DNA of 61,922 nucleotides, the filler included, from Stramenopiles sp. TOSAG23-2 (taxonomy: Eukaryota), in assembly GCA_900128395.1 (NCBI GenBank). It is 4 parts of 4 records of this genome, joined end to end, with 100 filler letters (N's around TTAATTAATTAA, not from the genome) between each part and the next. Parts side by side here need not be neighbours in the genome. Positions count along the whole stretch, not along the records: positions 1 to 15,433 come from LT649708.1; 3 more parts are not named here. The stretch is one strand, 5' to 3'. This document shows, in pieces, positions 1-11,230 of this stretch; positions within the stretch are counted from its first letter, which is position 1; each line of letters begins with the position of its first letter. A program made the translations under genes and the position numbers. The notes beneath the pieces are model-generated. The model did not search any database. It was given only the letters and a program-made list of their open reading frames with translations, and was not told the origin of the DNA.

Positions 1-153
1 TATTGAGAATGCGAATAGTATGGGAATAGCATTGAACACTAATAGAAACTTTTACATATCTATTTTATTGACAAAGAATGTCAGTATTTATATTTATTGA
101 TGTATATATATAGATATGAAAATTTTAAATGTAGATTTATACACACAGACTTT

Positions 154-280
154 ATTATGGTTTGTAACAAGTTGTACAAACTGTCTGGAAATTTTTAGCT
201 TGTTTGGTAGGATTTATTATTTCCTACCAAATGAAACAATAATTTGGAGACAGTTTGAATAACTTTTTACAATACATAAC
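154..280. repeat. Imperfect inverted repeat (59-nt ungapped arms, 9-nt loop)
   Basis: Arm 154-212 aligns without gaps to the reverse complement of 222-280 at about 45/59 positions by hand; core TTTGGTAGGA...TCCTACCAAA. Confidence 0.8.
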
Positions 281-1066
281 CAATTACATTTTCATAATTA
301 ACATCTAATTATACATATATTATTATTAGTAGCAGTATATATATATCTTATAAATAACATTTGCAACTGTTCAATTTTATCTTGTATTATTTAATTTATA
401 AACAGTTGTCTTCAATAAATGGATTTTTATTATTATATATAACATATTAATAATAAAAATCATGATATAAACAATTATCTCATAGAGTATCTAATTTAAA
501 TTAATCATATTCTATAATATATCTGTCTATGTATCTATATATATTTTTGTATATGTGTTTGTATCTGAAATATATGTTGTTTTTCTGAACGTTTATGTTT
601 TCATGGCATTTTAGACGAGAATCCTTAAATATTATTTCATTTTGATAGGTGTCTATACTAATTACAATAAGAACAAAAATAATCCTTTGTAGACTGCCAA
701 GCCTAAGATCCTATTTAAAAAGTGGAAAAACACTAAAAAATATGAAAAAAATAACACTATTCATAATGGATGTTGGCGTTCTGGACCAGAGGTTTTCCTT
801 GTCAGAATACTGGCAAGGAAAATCTCTGGTGTCCAGAGTATGGTGCCATGCTGTGCCAATTTCCAAATTTACGACAAAACAAATTTCCCGTTTTTTTTTG
901 CTAAGCATTCCTCAGCAGGCACATACCATCTGACATCATCATGCATTTTTTATTACAACAACATAATATATATTATACTTCAAGTGGACCTACAACAAAA
1001 GTATCAAATGTAAAGAGAGAAAAAAGGAAAGTGAAAGAAAAGAAAGGAGAATAAGTTATTGCAAAG

Positions 1067-1972
1067 ATGAAATATCATATATTATTCATTATATTAATTG
1101 AATTAACACGGTGCTGCCATGGAAGTATTGCCCAGATATCAAATAAATGGCGCCCTGTTGTAATCATGCATGGAATGAATGGGCACGCGTCCAACTTAGA
1201 GCATTTAAAAGCAACTATTGAAGCAAAATATCCTGGTATCTATGTACATAATTTAAATATATCAAATGGGATGAAAAGTGTACTCCACAATATGCCGTAC
1301 TTGATGGACAAAGTTGTTGATACCATACGTGCAGATCCAAAGTTAAAAAACGGATTCAATTTTTATGGTGAATCACAAGGAGCATTGCAAGCACGAACTT
1401 ATGTGTCAAAATATAATGACCCTCCTGTATATAACTTGGTTTCTATTTGTGGACCGCAAGCTGGTGTTGGTGAATGCCCAGAAATTGTTGCAAAGTGGAA
1501 AAACACATGTGCAGATGCTGGAACCCTATTACAAATATATGACTGGCCTATTTGTGATTTCTGCAGCTACTGGAAAGATAATCGCGCAGAATCGGATTAT
1601 CAAAAAAGATCAAAATGGTTAGCAAAAATTAATAATGAACAAGGAACTTATGGTCATATAAATCAAACATACATAAAAAATATGAGATCTTTAAATAAGT
1701 ATATGGCAACTCGAGCATTGAAAGATAAGATTGTGTTACCTTCTGAAAGTGCACATCACCGTTTTTGGAAATGGGGTGATAAAGATAGAAGCGAAGGTAA
1801 TATTGCACCATTGGAAGATACGGAGGGGTATAAAAATGATTGGCTTGGACTTAAAACATTGAATGAACGTGGAGATTTGATATTAAATGAAATTGATACG
1901 GAACATATTCAGTACAATATGACTTGGTGGCAACAATATGTCTTGCCAATGTTTAACAATAAACTGCCGTAA
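1067..1972 (+). CDS. PPT1: Palmitoyl-protein thioesterase (lysosomal type)
   Basis: Signal peptide; PVVIMHGM, GFNFYGESQG nucleophile elbow, PPVYNLVSICGPQAGV, downstream Asp (KDKIV) and His (TEHI). Confidence 0.9.
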   Translation: MKYHILFIILIELTRCCHGSIAQISNKWRPVVIMHGMNGHASNLEHLKATIEAKYPGIYVHNLNISNGMKSVLHNMPYLMDKVVDTIRADPKLKNGFNFYGESQGALQARTYVSKYNDPPVYNLVSICGPQAGVGECPEIVAKWKNTCADAGTLLQIYDWPICDFCSYWKDNRAESDYQKRSKWLAKINNEQGTYGHINQTYIKNMRSLNKYMATRALKDKIVLPSESAHHRFWKWGDKDRSEGNIAPLEDTEGYKNDWLGLKTLNERGDLILNEIDTEHIQYNMTWWQQYVLPMFNNKLP

Positions 1973-2416
1973 AACACGCACTCTTTTTTATAACTTATAC
2001 TCGTATATAAAGAGGGTATATGTGTGAGAAAAGGGAGTGTCATACGAAGTACGAAGTATATATTACGAATTTCTCCCTGACACTCACATATATTTTTAAA
2101 ATATGTAAAAAGTATATATCATATTCGTTATTTTGTATATATAAATATATATAATATTTAATTAATGCATAATTTATTTTTTAATTTACTCATGATAATT
2201 CCTACTCTCCAGAAAGAATACAATAACTGAGACAAATCTATCTCACTAATATATTATATATATATATATCATATGCATAATGATAAAATATTATATTTTT
2301 TTATAAATAAAATATTGTTTTGAAACACCACGCGCGTAAAAAATACGAAGCGTTGTCGTTGGTAGCAATACACACACCACTTCTCTGCCTTTTTATTCGT
2401 CGCTATCGCCACCACA

Positions 2417-2728
2417 CACACATATTTTTTTACGTTCCATAATCCATACCTCCTCTATTATTATTATTACCATTACTTTTCTTCAAAAGAGGAGCTGCTT
2501 CATTTTTTTTATATCCATTTGCATATCCGGATGGTGATGATAAAACTTTATTACGTATTCTATTATTATCATCACACATATTTTTTTACGTTCCATAATC
2601 CATACCTCCTCTATTATTATTATTACCATTACTTTTCTTCAAAAGAGGAGCTGCTTCATTTTTTTTATATCCATTTGCATATCCGGATGGTGATGATAAA
2701 ACTTTATTACGTATTCTATTATTATCAT
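2417..2728. repeat. Perfect tandem duplication, 156-bp unit (probable assembly artefact)
   Basis: 2417-2572 = 2573-2728; duplicates the 3' end of the permease gene. Confidence 0.9.
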
Positions 2729-4406
2729 TATTATTATTATTAAACATATTTCCATTAAAATGATCTTCCTCCATATCATCAATGCCATCTTCCTGCTCAA
2801 TAATTTCAGGCAATATACGATGACCATCCTCATGGTTTTCTCCTTGTTCTATATTATCCTTGCTTAATAAACGTTTTCGCCTTGGATCATATTCGTATTT
2901 CATTCCACAAAACTGTTTCATAAACAGATAAAATAAAAAACCAAATATCAATCCACCCACGTTCATAATGAAGGATTGTTTTGAATTCATACAACCGCTT
3001 ATCAAAACTAAGCATCCTAAACAGATTGGTATAAATAGTGCCAAAATTACACCAATTTTACCACACGGAACTTTAAATGGTCGATATAAATTATCCTTTG
3101 AAAAACGCAATCTGATAAATGCAAACATTTCCAATAAAGCTGAACCACAACTGAAAAAATTATTAATTGCTAGATTATCTGAGAAATCAAAATATATCAA
3201 ACCTGCAATTAAAATAACGGAAAAAATGATTCCATTTATTGGTGTTTTATATTTTGGATGCAACTTTGCAAATATAGCAGGTGCCATGCCATTGTCTGCC
3301 ATACCATATAATTGCCACGTATCTTCAAACATTTCAGCAATATACATTCCCATGTTACCAACAATACTAGCAAGTAAAACCCACACTGCTAACCACCGTC
3401 CACTTACATTTTGAACAATGCACGACCATGAGCATTCTCCAGGATCTGTTCCCCAATTCATCACGTCTTTTGGATCTGTTGCCATCACTCCAAGTGTTAT
3501 TGGCACAGCGTATGTAAAAAATGCTAATAATAATGCAATTAGCAATGCCAATGGAAATGTACGCCCTGGCCGCACAACTTCCCCTGCAAATGTCGATGCG
3601 CAATCAAAGCCACTTAAATTCCAATATAAAATCGTCACCAAATCACTCCAACTCTGTCCATTTTTGTTTTCATTCCATGTCGTAGGATATCCAGCAGGTG
3701 GTGGTTCCCACATACGACTTGGTTGCAAATGAGGAATGCACATAATGCAAAATATAATAAATGGTGCGATAACGAATAATGTAATCAATTTCATATAATG
3801 ACCAATATTTAATACATGAAATATATTTGGTATCGTAAATATAATTACCAATCCAAGTTTATTGAAGTACCTAAAATAAGGATCATTTGGCAATGGATTA
3901 CCCGGTTCAAAAATCAAACCAACAGCAAGTTGATAAACAAGTCCAGGATAAAGCGCATTATCAATTACACCACTTACCCAGCTCCAATATGATTCTTGAA
4001 ATGCCCAAAATTCACCAAAGGCTTCACCAACCCATAAGGAATAACCGCCATCATCTGGATATGCTGATGATAATTCTGCTGTCACTAATGCAACCGGTAA
4101 AGCCCACAATAAGGGGAAAACTGCTAAGCCAATAATTCCAGGAAGTGGTCCAGCGTCTGATACAACTTCTTCAATACCCCATGGTCCACCGCATACATTA
4201 AAATATGTTATCAATGCCACGGCAGTAATGCCTAAGGTACGTGTTTTGGTTGTCCGTGTTGATAGCCAAGGAGAAGATGGCGGTGCATCCAATGAAATGG
4301 AAGGTGGTGATGAAGAATTTTTTTTTCTATCATTTTCATTTATATAGTTCATATCATTTTCATTCTTATAGTTCATGCCGCTCAAATTTGAGTTGTTAAA
4401 ATCCAT
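2586..4406 (-). CDS. APC-superfamily polyamine/amino-acid permease (RMV1/PUT-like)
   Basis: YFNVCGGPWGIE, AELSSAYPDDGGY, WNLSGFD, RPFKVP motifs; about 12 hydrophobic segments. Confidence 0.88.
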   Translation of the reverse strand: MDFNNSNLSGMNYKNENDMNYINENDRKKNSSSPPSISLDAPPSSPWLSTRTTKTRTLGITAVALITYFNVCGGPWGIEEVVSDAGPLPGIIGLAVFPLLWALPVALVTAELSSAYPDDGGYSLWVGEAFGEFWAFQESYWSWVSGVIDNALYPGLVYQLAVGLIFEPGNPLPNDPYFRYFNKLGLVIIFTIPNIFHVLNIGHYMKLITLFVIAPFIIFCIMCIPHLQPSRMWEPPPAGYPTTWNENKNGQSWSDLVTILYWNLSGFDCASTFAGEVVRPGRTFPLALLIALLLAFFTYAVPITLGVMATDPKDVMNWGTDPGECSWSCIVQNVSGRWLAVWVLLASIVGNMGMYIAEMFEDTWQLYGMADNGMAPAIFAKLHPKYKTPINGIIFSVILIAGLIYFDFSDNLAINNFFSCGSALLEMFAFIRLRFSKDNLYRPFKVPCGKIGVILALFIPICLGCLVLISGCMNSKQSFIMNVGGLIFGFLFYLFMKQFCGMKYEYDPRRKRLLSKDNIEQGENHEDGHRILPEIIEQEDGIDDMEEDHFNGNMFNNNNNDNNRIRNKVLSSPSGYANGYKKNEAAPLLKKSNGNNNNRGGMDYGT

Positions 4407-5123
4407 AATGTGATATATGTATCTTGATTATTACTGCTTTTGCTTTTTATTACTCGTCAAACATGGAGAAAGTTAGAAAATAATTCTATGTTATCGTAGC
4501 ATGTATGTATGTATATATATATTATTTTGCCTTATATATTATTTGTTATATTTTACTATTTATTATAAGCACTATTTTGATGGTTATATTATAATTTTTT
4601 GTCACAATAACTATCTATATCTATATCTATATCAAATTAATATATTCTTTTTTTTCTTTTTTCAAACTTTGTTTTTTTCAAAACTTGTTTAAATATATAT
4701 GTACATGATCATGATTATGTACATATATCTTATATATATAATATATAAAAAGCACACACAAAACACATTTACATACTACATATTTTTTGTTGGGCACTTA
4801 TTATTATATGGCTTACCACCTGGTGGTATGGTATTAGTCGTCTATTATCCAGAATTTTATCTAATGCTATAACATTTATTATGTACATAATATGCTAATA
4901 ATCTTTAATGACCATTATTATACAAAAGTTAAAGTACCTGTGGTACAGTAAGTTTTAGTTTTAAGTTAAAACCTCCTTAAAAATAAAAAATGTAGCTACA
5001 TTTTGTATATATATTTTACTGTAGGGAAAGACTTTGCTACATGCAGTACAACAGACAATATATATATCTTTTCTTTTGTTCACATATATAATCACGCACA
5101 GATAAAGTTGCACTGATTAAAAC

Positions 5124-6422
5124 ATGAATAATTATTCCTATCGTCGTAATAATAATAATAATAACTATGAGATGAAATCGTATAAATCATTTCGAAGACG
5201 ATTATCTGGCTCATTTATGTGTATGGTGATGGGTGGTATTTTATTTTTTTGTGCCCCTGCTTTGTTGTTTTGGAATGAAGGCCGTGCAGTATATCAAGCA
5301 AAAACACTCAAAGAAGCACGTTCAAAAGCCGTTACTGTACCAACATTTGCCTCTTGGAATAATGGAAAGTTGATTCATGTCACTGGTTTTGCAAAACCTG
5401 CTAAAGGTACATCGGTATTATTAGAATCTGATTTACCAACCTCTGTTTCAAACTTAATTAATACTGAATTAAATAAAGTTCAAAATGTTGTTGATGATGA
5501 TCCAGCTGCTAGTGCACCAGATGCAAGCAACAGTAAACCGGCCATAGTATTGAAACGTGAAGTAGAATATTATGAATGGAAAGAGAGCAAAAAAGAAACG
5601 TCGAGGAAAACTGCTGGTGGCGGCGAAGAAACAACGACTACATATTCATATAGCAAAGGGTGGACAAGTAGTCATATTGATAGTAGTAGGTTTCATGAAA
5701 CTAGACATTCAAATTTTCAACCAAAATATAATGATAAAATGAAATGGACCAGTGGAACCGTAGAACTTTATGATCAATACGATAATGATAAATCACTTGG
5801 TTTTAAACTAGATAAATTTTTGCTAGAGACAGCGGGAAACGGTAATATGAAACCGGTAGATATGAATCCAATTACATGGAGACCTGGTCAAGATGATTTA
5901 ATTACTAGCAGTAGTGGTTATAATGAAATTGGTGATCATCGATTTACATGGGAAATTACGAAATCACATGTTGTTTCATTAATAGGGGAGCAACAAGGTG
6001 ATGGTACTATACGTGCTTGGAGATCAAATTATGGAGTTGAATTTCACAAATTAGTAAGTGGAACGAAAACATATGATGAAATTATATCAATAGCCGAAGG
6101 TGAGAATACAATGATGACTTGGTTAATAAGAGCAGGTGGTATTTTTCTTTGGTATGTGTCATTCACTTCGATGGCACAGCCATTAGGTGTCATTGCTGAT
6201 TTAGGGACAATTCCATGTATTGGATTAGAACCTGGAACAATCTTAAATTATATTACTGGTATAGCAGCATTTTTATTAGCGTTGTTATTATCGTTAATTG
6301 TTATTGCATTCGCATGGTTTTGGTATCGACCATTATATTCTTGCGCATTAATTGTTGGTGCATTGGTGACAACATATTTTTTAAATCAAAATGTTAATAA
6401 AAAAAAGAAACGAAACAATTGA
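5124..6422 (+). CDS. TMEM43: TMEM43/LUMA family membrane protein
   Basis: LLFWNEGRAV, NNGKLIHVTG, LKREVEYYEWKE, YSYSKGW, ENTMMTWLIR, AWFWYRP; one N-terminal and three C-terminal TM segments. Confidence 0.88.
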   Translation: MNNYSYRRNNNNNNYEMKSYKSFRRRLSGSFMCMVMGGILFFCAPALLFWNEGRAVYQAKTLKEARSKAVTVPTFASWNNGKLIHVTGFAKPAKGTSVLLESDLPTSVSNLINTELNKVQNVVDDDPAASAPDASNSKPAIVLKREVEYYEWKESKKETSRKTAGGGEETTTTYSYSKGWTSSHIDSSRFHETRHSNFQPKYNDKMKWTSGTVELYDQYDNDKSLGFKLDKFLLETAGNGNMKPVDMNPITWRPGQDDLITSSSGYNEIGDHRFTWEITKSHVVSLIGEQQGDGTIRAWRSNYGVEFHKLVSGTKTYDEIISIAEGENTMMTWLIRAGGIFLWYVSFTSMAQPLGVIADLGTIPCIGLEPGTILNYITGIAAFLLALLLSLIVIAFAWFWYRPLYSCALIVGALVTTYFLNQNVNKKKKRNN

Positions 6423-6689
6423 TTTTTATTTTCAATGTGTATATTATATTTCGTATATATATACGCTCGTACGAGTACATATGATAGTGTGAAAATAGAG
6501 CGAGATACAAATCTCATGTTATTGCTTTTCAGTTATTGTATATTCTTTTGATGAGCATAAGAATTATCATCTTGTGAATAATGTTAAAAAAGATTTTATA
6601 TAATTATTTCCTATTAATTAATAAATATATTTGATTTAAAATATAATATGAGTATGATAAGAGAAAATTTTTATATATTAATAAATCTT

Positions 6690-8903
6690 TTATGCAACTA
6701 CACCATTCATACTTAAATATCTCTCCGCATCCAATGCACTCATTGCACCACTTCCAGCACTTGTAACAGCTTGACGATAAATATGATCAGCAACATCACC
6801 GGCTGCAAAAACACCATCAACTGATGTTTGTGTTGATTCATGATCTGTTATCAAATATCCAGCTTCATTCATCTTTAAATGACCTTCCAAAAATTTTGTA
6901 TTTGGATCATGTCCAATAGCAACAAATGCACCTTCGCATGATATCGATTCTTCCGTTTTCAAATCATCTACAACAGTTTCTACACGTACATTTGTCAATA
7001 CCGTTTTCCCACTTTCTTTATGGACCTTTGAATCAAATGATTTTACGACAGTATTCCATTTAATTTCGATTTTATCATGAGCAAAAACACGTTTTGCTAA
7101 TATTTTAGATGCTCTGAATGTATCTCGTCGATGAATAATGGTAACTTTCGAGGATGTACGTGCTAATACTAATGCATCTTCCATTGCAGTATCGCCTCCA
7201 CCAATAACTACAACTGGCCGATCACGGAAAAGAAAACCATCGCAGGTAGCACAGCTACTGACACCCCCACCACGTAAATCATATTCACCTGGCACACCAA
7301 GCCAGCGACTACTTGCACCAGTTGCTATGATGATACTTTTTGCTTTTACAATGGTACTTTTTGTATCATTTAAAACCAATTCAAATTCTCCTGCTGCATC
7401 TTTCATCGACTTGACTTTAATAATGCTTTCTGGTACCATCCTCGTTTTGAAGAAATTTGCTTGTCGTCGCATGATCGTAATGATTCCTCGCCCAGTCGCA
7501 TCGTAACCGACGACACCTGGATAATTTTCAACATCCACACCTTTTCCCAACAATTGGCCACCAAATGATGGCGCAATGACTAAAGGTTCCAAGCCTGCTC
7601 GTGCAGCATAAACTGCAGCAGATAATCCAGCGGGACCGCCACCAATAATTACAATTTTTTCCATGGGTTTAATTACACTGATATCTTGGAAATACATATC
7701 ATCACCTTCTCGTTCCTCACGTCTTCTTGCTAATTCATCCTCCAACATTATTGCAGGTAATGCAGTAATATCAAATATAACTTGTCCAGTTGATGGATCA
7801 ATCTCACCATATACATTGTTATCATCGTTGCCATCAGTTGTTGTACTTCTTCCACCATTACCAGCATCATCAGCACCAGGATTCTGATGCTCCTTATTCA
7901 CTCGTGCATGTGGTGTGTCCCCAGTGCGTGGAATTGCTTCTGGTGCTTTGTTGTCATATTTTTTTTTTAACATTCGCATTAATTTAGCTGTTTTGCTTTG
8001 ATACTTTGCAGCAATAGTTTTAACAGATTCCAATTTGCTCTCATCCACTTCTTTATAAAAATCTATCAATGCTTGCTCGGTTACTTCCATATCGACATAT
8101 ACACCTTTTTCCTTTGCCTCCACTGCCAATTGTTCAGTAGCTTGTTGCAAACCACGTTGATTGGCACCTGAAAATTCATGCCTCTTCTTTCCATTTAGAT
8201 AAAATTGAAATGTTGGCATTGCATTTACAAAACATGCACGCGATGTTTCATAATTGCGATTTACATCAATTTTTAAAAATACCGCTTGACCTTTCATTTG
8301 CTTTGCAAGTTTTTTGTAAAATGGAGCAATCATTCGACAAGGTCCGCATGAATGACTGAAAAAATCTACCACTACTGGTAGGCCGGTATCATCTTTGTGT
8401 TGCTGCAATGCAGCACGAAATTGATCATGTGTAGTAATTTCTACAACATCACCTTTGGCATATGCTACAGAACCTTTCCCATCATACTCAACATCTCCAC
8501 CAAAATCAGATCCTTGTTCTTCAAAATAATTTTTATAAACATACATAATAAAAATAAATAACATAACTGCATTTTGCCAAGTTGGTTTTGGTAAACTAGA
8601 ACCTTCTGTACCACTTGTATACGTTCTTCTGCTACTACTGTTGTTGTTATTATTATTACTATATGTAGAATGGACAGGCGAACGAGTAGTTGGTGTTGGT
8701 TTTGGTCGTTTCGGACGATTTTTGATATCTGGCATATGTTTCTCTTTTCCAATTGTACGCACGTATAAAGCAATCAGGTCTGATTTTTCAATACATTTGG
8801 AACAATCAATATTTTTTTCTTGAAATTTTTTTTTTAATTCACTAACAGATAATTTATTCGCATCTTGTCGCGCTAATGCAGCAGCAGCAGCGGCGGCAGA
8901 CAT
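6690..8903 (-). CDS. Membrane-anchored fusion: SAP/MANF-C-like CxxC domain, TM, thioredoxin, low-MW thioredoxin reductase
   Basis: KLSVSELKK..CSKCIEKSDL; TM WQNAVMLFIFIMYVY; Trx VVVDFFSHSCGPCRMIAP; TrxR IIGGGPAG, GGVSSCATCDG, VIGGGDTAME, GVFAAGDV, YRQAVTSAGSG. Confidence 0.92.
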   Translation of the reverse strand: MSAAAAAAALARQDANKLSVSELKKKFQEKNIDCSKCIEKSDLIALYVRTIGKEKHMPDIKNRPKRPKPTPTTRSPVHSTYSNNNNNNSSSRRTYTSGTEGSSLPKPTWQNAVMLFIFIMYVYKNYFEEQGSDFGGDVEYDGKGSVAYAKGDVVEITTHDQFRAALQQHKDDTGLPVVVDFFSHSCGPCRMIAPFYKKLAKQMKGQAVFLKIDVNRNYETSRACFVNAMPTFQFYLNGKKRHEFSGANQRGLQQATEQLAVEAKEKGVYVDMEVTEQALIDFYKEVDESKLESVKTIAAKYQSKTAKLMRMLKKKYDNKAPEAIPRTGDTPHARVNKEHQNPGADDAGNGGRSTTTDGNDDNNVYGEIDPSTGQVIFDITALPAIMLEDELARRREEREGDDMYFQDISVIKPMEKIVIIGGGPAGLSAAVYAARAGLEPLVIAPSFGGQLLGKGVDVENYPGVVGYDATGRGIITIMRRQANFFKTRMVPESIIKVKSMKDAAGEFELVLNDTKSTIVKAKSIIIATGASSRWLGVPGEYDLRGGGVSSCATCDGFLFRDRPVVVIGGGDTAMEDALVLARTSSKVTIIHRRDTFRASKILAKRVFAHDKIEIKWNTVVKSFDSKVHKESGKTVLTNVRVETVVDDLKTEESISCEGAFVAIGHDPNTKFLEGHLKMNEAGYLITDHESTQTSVDGVFAAGDVADHIYRQAVTSAGSGAMSALDAERYLSMNGVVA

Positions 8904-9627
8904 ACTATTGTAATATAATTCTTTTCTTTTTTTGATATCTTCTCTATATATAATGTATATATATGTTCCTCAACATCTCTCTCATGCTTAACCTATTCGA
9001 ATGAATTATTAAAGATGTGTTTGTGCGTGTGTTAGATGTGTGGGTGGCGGGGCGCGGAAAGCTGGAAAGCCCGTACTTAAACTGAGCGTGACCGTAGAAT
9101 GTACGCCCTATCATGGGTTGTCACGCAGAGCATTAGCATAGGAATCTAAATCTAAATCATTCGATCCATCAAAAATGATCATCTCTCCACTATATCCCCG
9201 GTACTAAAATTATTAAGGAATATAAATAGATATATACTAACCTCTAGAATGCATCGAAAAGAATTAAATAATGAAATAATATTACAAATTTAGCTATATA
9301 ATCATGATATTTCAATTAGTTTCTATCATAAATTCCTTAATATAATATTTCGACAAAAACCAAGGCAGTGGATAATAATAAAACAGAACCTGATTAGTGC
9401 ATTACAACGTTGAGCCGTATTTTTTTTTATTTAAATTTTTGGATACTCCCATTCTAATTCCATTATAATTACTCACCAATATATATACTAATATCTAATA
9501 TACATATATATAAATATATTATATCAACAAAATGAAAGAGATAAAGAGTAATACATTCAATTTTAGTTTATAATATAGTTGAAGATAAACACACACACAC
9601 ACACACACATACACATATATATAAACA

Positions 9628-9855
9628 ATGAATACAACAAAAGAAAAATTAAACAAAGCCTATAATTCATCCAAGCAACATTTTAATGAACATTTTAAAG
9701 ATCCTTGGTCCACACATAAAAAGAAAATATCAACAGTATGGCTTATAGGCAATGCTTTTCTCTTTCCGTTCTTTATCTCTGCAACATTTGCATGTGGTGC
9801 ATTGGAACAAAATAATTCTGGTCAAGCAGGTTTCGTTTTAATTTGGACATTTCTA
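9628..9855 (+). CDS. 5' fragment of a hypothetical membrane protein, truncated at a probable chimeric junction
   Basis: aaacaATG start and hydrophobic segments; runs head-on into an opposite-strand ORF. Confidence 0.4.
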
Positions 9856-10149
9856 AACAGTGCATATGGTATTGTAGTGGATTTATTCCATTCATATCGT
9901 GATGCAAGTGTTTTACCATCACGATGATTATCTGGCAAGACATCAACCCCATCGACATAATTAACATTTAATTGAACATTTGTTTCCATCACTTCAATTT
10001 TTTCTTTCAATTCATCTAATGAAATAGTTTGATTGGATTCTAATTCTTTAATTATTCTTTGCGCTAATTCAACAGCAGTTGGCCCTTCCTCTTCAAACAT
10101 TGCATCATCATAATATTGTTCCTCGTCCTCCTCATCCATTTCATTCATC
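9845..10149 (-). CDS. 5' fragment of an acidic hypothetical protein, truncated at a probable chimeric junction
   Basis: MMNEMDEEDEEQYYDD... protein-like composition; collides with the + strand fragment near 9850. Confidence 0.4.
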
Positions 10150-11230
10150 ATCTTAGTTGGTTGGTATATGTGTATGTATACATCCTATAGTGCACATGTG
10201 ATGCACACTGATATTTATACAGTATATATATAATATATATTTTCTATGATTGTATATGTACATTTAATTTTGACATTATTTGTATTATAAAATTACCTGA
10301 TACCTGAGAGCCTGAGCTGCTGGTGCATTCCTGGCATTCCCTATGGTAGCTAGAGCTAGAGCTACAGTAGCTCTATATAGCTGGGCACCACCATTTTAGA
10401 GATTATACCTATATACTCCTCTCCACTATTCTAGTAAAAAGTGTAACAGCTATAACCTCTACATTAAATAATATTTCCGTAAACCATTACAATGCTATGT
10501 AGTATAACTCTAGCAGGTAAATACTACAGCCAGGTTTTTGAGGACACCGGACCCTCACCCAAAAAAAAATAAATAAAATGGCTTTCTATTTCGGAGTTCC
10601 CAGAGTCTCAGAGTTTTAATTTTTCTTTTTTTCGATTTTTGGCAATTTCGAGGATTTTATTGGTAAGATATAGCATTGTAAAAAAAAAACGATTGATTTT
10701 TGGCATGCAAAAGTATTCTACGAGTCGTAATTACTACACCTGGTACATTTAATTGGTGAAGCATCGGGAGTTATTATTTATTATTATTTGAAAAACTATT
10801 TTTGGCTCTTTTGGGAATTACGTTGTAAAATAAAAAAATGTTCCATTACACAGCATTGATAAATAAATTTATGGACATTCACCTGTGGCCGCGAAAATTG
10901 AAAAGGAAAAAAAATATTACTAGTACTATGGAAATAGAATGGTGTATCATTTTATAGTTGTATAGCACACATATAACACGGTATCAAGAAAACACCATAT
11001 TAATATATACCCAAAAACATAATGTAGAAAGATAAATTATATGGTAATAAGACACAAATAGAATAAAAACAAAAAACAAGAAACAAAACAAATACGAAAA
11101 AACAAAAAAATATACCAAACAATAAAAACTTATTTATACAAATTAATAATACTAAAAAATAAACAGTGAAACAAGAACGTTTTCATATCTAACACGAATA
11201 AATTGAAAAAAATATTTATACAATTTTAAT

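Noticed and set aside
649-933. 94-aa ORF and similar short intergenic ORFs (15941, 24685-25026, 31074-31437, 55686-55994)
   Set aside because: Non-ATG starts or low-complexity composition and no recognisable motifs.
9125-9142. U6 snRNA-like GCAGAGCATTAGCAT
   Set aside because: It lacks the exact ACAGAGA box and the rest of the highly conserved U6 sequence.
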